From Cytophagales bacterium (GTDB lineage Bacteria; Bacteroidota; Bacteroidia; Cytophagales; Cyclobacteriaceae): a stretch of 63,165 nt of DNA. The position numbers and the translations under genes are program-made. Location of the stretch: positions 1 to 63,165 of the forward strand of contig JAYVPS010000163.1 of assembly GCA_043757225.1 (NCBI GenBank), in the 5' to 3' direction. This document shows positions 60,257 to 63,165 of this stretch, one piece after another (position 1 is the first letter of the stretch; every line of letters begins with the position of its first letter). The notes below the pieces were generated by a model. It did not search any database, had not been told where the DNA came from, and saw only the letters and a program-made list of their open reading frames with translations.

Positions 60257-61705
60257 CTAAGTAAGCGCCAGTATTCCTTTTTCTTTAGCTTCTAAAACAG
60301 ATTCGCCAATCAGAAATTCATCCACCGCCCTCGCTGCTTCGCGCCCTTCACTGATTGCCCACACAACTAAGCTTTGACCTCTGCGAATGTCCCCTGCTGC
60401 AAAAACCGATTCTACAGAAGTTTGGTAACTCCGGCACTTTACGTTGCCGCGTTCGTCATACTCCACACCCAGTTGATCGAGCAAGCCGTGGTGTTGCGTA
60501 TATAAAAATCCCATGGCAAGTAAAACCAATTCACAAGGAACTTCCCTTTCGGTTCCAGCTAGTTCATTAACCTTGTTACCCTTCCATTCCACCTCTACAA
60601 TTTTAAGTGCCTTCAAATTGCCTTGTTCATCGCCAATAAATTCTTTTGTTACGATGCTCCATTGTCTTTCACATCCCTCTTCATGAGAAGAGGACGTGCG
60701 TAAAATCATAGGCCAACTCGGCCACGGCATGGCTTCTGATCGATCCTTTGGTGGCTTCGATAAAATTTCAATTTGTGTAACTGATTTCGCGTGATGACGA
60801 TTACTCGTGCCTACACAATCCGAACCAGTATCACCTCCTCCAATTACAATCACATTTTTATTAGAAGCCCAGATTTCTTCCTTATCAATTTTTTTTCCGC
60901 TTACTCGTTTATTTTGTTGGGTAAGGAAGTCCATTGCAAAATGAACTCCTGTCAATTCCCTGCCTGGGATAAGGAGATCTCTGGGAATAGTAGACCCTGT
61001 GCACAACAAAATGGCATCGTATTCATCTTTCAACTGCTGACTGGAAAAATTTTCTCCCACTGAAGTATTCAACTGAAATCTGACTCCCTCTTCTTTCATT
61101 AAGTTGATTCGCCTGTCAAGTACCTGCTTATCTAATTTGAAATCCGGTATCCCATAACGCAACAATCCGCCCGCTTCATCGGCTCTTTCAAAAATTGTTA
61201 CCTGATGGCCAGCATAATTAAGTTGTGCCGCAGCCGCAAGACCCGCAGGGCCCGATCCTACCACCGCTACTTTTTTATTTGTTGTGGCAATCGGAGTTCT
61301 TGGTTTTACATATCCTTCTTTAAAAGCTATTTCAATAATCATCTTCTCGATGTACTCAATGGTAACAGGAGGTTTGTTAATGCCGAGTACACAAGATGTT
61401 TCGCACGGTGCAGGACAAATTCGTCCAGTAAATTCCGGAAAATTATTGGTAGATATTAAAATTTCATATGCGAGCTTCCAGTTATTTTGGTAAACAGCAT
61501 CGTTAAACTCCGGAATGATATTGCCCAGCGGACAACCCGAATGACAAAACGGAGTGCCGCAATCCATACATCGCGATGCCTGCTTCACGCCAATCTTTGT
61601 ATCGATTTTTGCGTCTACTTCATTGTAATCGTTAATGCGTTCTTTCAGATCGCGCTTCTTTGGTAACTCTCTATCAAACTCTAAAAATCCTGTTGGCTTC
61701 CCCAT
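60257..61705 (-). CDS. gltD: Glutamate synthase small subunit
   Basis: MGKPTGF, RCMDCG.PFC..GCP, NNFPEFTGRICPAPCE, GSGPAG, GGGDTGSDC, GQSLVVWAI. Confidence 0.97.
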   Translation of the reverse strand: MGKPTGFLEFDRELPKKRDLKERINDYNEVDAKIDTKIGVKQASRCMDCGTPFCHSGCPLGNIIPEFNDAVYQNNWKLAYEILISTNNFPEFTGRICPAPCETSCVLGINKPPVTIEYIEKMIIEIAFKEGYVKPRTPIATTNKKVAVVGSGPAGLAAAAQLNYAGHQVTIFERADEAGGLLRYGIPDFKLDKQVLDRRINLMKEEGVRFQLNTSVGENFSSQQLKDEYDAILLCTGSTIPRDLLIPGRELTGVHFAMDFLTQQNKRVSGKKIDKEEIWASNKNVIVIGGGDTGSDCVGTSNRHHAKSVTQIEILSKPPKDRSEAMPWPSWPMILRTSSSHEEGCERQWSIVTKEFIGDEQGNLKALKIVEVEWKGNKVNELAGTEREVPCELVLLAMGFLYTQHHGLLDQLGVEYDERGNVKCRSYQTSVESVFAAGDIRRGQSLVVWAISEGREAARAVDEFLIGESVLEAKEKGILALT

Positions 61706-61737
61706 AACCTCAATTCGTAAATTTACTGATTCGCTAA

Positions 61738-63165
61738 TTATTTTATTGTCAATTGAGTTATTCTCTTTTTTTCGAGTACCGCTTTGTAGTCAATCGGCAT
61801 AACTTTAATAAACTGCCTAAAAGCTGTTTGCCAATAGCTTAAAATATGAGCCGCCAATTTACTTTGGGTAAATTCTTGGTGCGAAAAAATCATTTTCCTC
61901 AATAGCGCTTCATCCTCACTTTCCAAAGTATCCAACAATACCATTTCCATGTTGCAGTTTTTCACAAAGGCCTTGTTCACATCCCACACATAGGCCACGC
62001 CTCCACTCATGCCCGCTGCAAAGTTTCTACCCGTGTCACCTAAAATTACCACTGTCCCCCCTGTCATGTATTCGCAGCCATGGTCACCTACACCTTCCAC
62101 CACTACACTTACGCCTGAGTTGCGCACGGCAAATCGTTCGCCTGCCATTCCATTGATATAACTCTCACCCGATGTTGCTCCAAAAAATGCTACGTTTCCT
62201 ACAATGATATTCTTGGCGGGATTGTAAGTCGATTTTTTATCAGGATAGAGAATCAACTTTCCACCTGATAAACCTTTTCCAAAATAATCATTGGCATCTC
62301 CTTCCAATTCAAACGTAATTCCGCCTGTAGTGAAAGCCCCAAAGCTTTGTCCTGCAGTGCCTGTGAATTTGTAGTGAATAGTATCCTTCGGCAATCCGGG
62401 TCCTCCATAGATTTTTGAAATCTCATTAGATAGCATTGCGCCTACCGCGCGATCTTGATTGGAAATTATAAAACTGGCTTTTACGCTTTCCCCATTGTTC
62501 AACGATGCTTCCGCTTTGGTTATAAGTTTTCGGTCGAAAACATTTTCAATTTCGTGATCTTGTTCTTCTTGCTTGAACAACGCCACTTCAAGGTTCATAG
62601 GTTCTTTAAATAGCAGGGGAGATAAATCCAAGTGTTTATTTTTCCAATGCTCATGTTCTTCGCCTATCTCTAAACGATCAGCTTGGCCCACCATCTCGCT
62701 CACTTTTCTAAAGCCAAGCTCTGCCATTATCTCGCGCAGCTCTTCTGCCAGAAAATCAAAAAGGTTAACAACATACTCTGGCTTTCCCGTAAAGAGTGCT
62801 CGCAATTCTTTATTTTGAGTAGCCACACCAACTGGGCATGTGTTCAAATGACATTTACGCATCATTATACAACCAGTAGTAACAAGAGCCGCTGTTGCTA
62901 CTCCCCACTCTTCCGCGCCAAGCAAAGCAGCAATGGCCAAATCTTTTCCTGTACGAATCTGTCCATCTGTTTGCAGCACTACTCGCCCGCGTAATTTGTT
63001 TCTTACCAACGTCTGATGCGCTTCGGCCAAGCCCAACTCCCAAGGCAACCCTGCATGCCGGATAGAACTAACGGGCGAAGCGCCAGTCCCTCCATCGTGG
63101 CCTGAAATTAAAATAACGTCTGCATGTGCTTTGGCAACTCCAGACGCAATTGTTCCAACACCCGC
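61738..63165 (-). CDS. gltB: Glutamate synthase large subunit, C-terminal part (5' end outside window)
   Basis: [58 protein letters not shown]; frame is open to the window edge. Confidence 0.97.
   Translation of the reverse strand, partial: AGVGTIASGVAKAHADVILISGHDGGTGASPVSSIRHAGLPWELGLAEAHQTLVRNKLRGRVVLQTDGQIRTGKDLAIAALLGAEEWGVATAALVTTGCIMMRKCHLNTCPVGVATQNKELRALFTGKPEYVVNLFDFLAEELREIMAELGFRKVSEMVGQADRLEIGEEHEHWKNKHLDLSPLLFKEPMNLEVALFKQEEQDHEIENVFDRKLITKAEASLNNGESVKASFIISNQDRAVGAMLSNEISKIYGGPGLPKDTIHYKFTGTAGQSFGAFTTGGITFELEGDANDYFGKGLSGGKLILYPDKKSTYNPAKNIIVGNVAFFGATSGESYINGMAGERFAVRNSGVSVVVEGVGDHGCEYMTGGTVVILGDTGRNFAAGMSGGVAYVWDVNKAFVKNCNMEMVLLDTLESEDEALLRKMIFSHQEFTQSKLAAHILSYWQTAFRQFIKVMPIDYKAVLEKKRITQLTIK

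Noticed and set aside
2561-63043. Many 60-135-aa ORFs antisense to or nested in long genes
   Set aside because: Shadow ORFs of well-supported CDSs with no independent motifs.
1-63165. tRNA, rRNA and riboswitches
   Set aside because: No cloverleaf, rRNA-like stretch or recognisable riboswitch was found by eye; a covariance-model scan is needed to exclude them.

Overview
A 63-kb chromosomal window that looks like a Bacteroidota (probably Cytophagales-type) genome, judged from gene families and TAnnTTTG-like promoter motifs. Most of it is housekeeping or metabolic: PAS kinase, hydrolases, a Gfo/Idh/MocA + HEAT-DUF1080 sugar locus, a glutamine-synthetase-like amine catabolism operon, SNF2 helicase, lolC/E-like, rbfA, rpiB, tatC, glyA, four TPM-domain genes, a VPS10/BNR protein, ABC genes, an M16 peptidase and gltBD. 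Two accessory zones stand out. (1) At about 34.1-42.1 kb, a 7.5-kb cassette (exported protein, MacB/FtsX-like permease, radical SAM/SPASM maturase, C39-peptidase ABC exporter, truncated HlyD) has no visible precursor peptide. It sits between two degraded copies of one gene, and the right copy carries an apparently precise ~176-bp inversion. (2) At about 54.3-56.9 kb, two toxin-antitoxin pairs are interleaved with REP-like hairpins and duplicated fragments of a REP-associated (HUH/Y1) transposase. A 200-bp MITE with 21-bp terminal inverted repeats and an 8-bp target duplication lies at 59965-60164. No rRNA, tRNA or CRISPR array was seen. Family calls are from motif recognition only; no searches were run.
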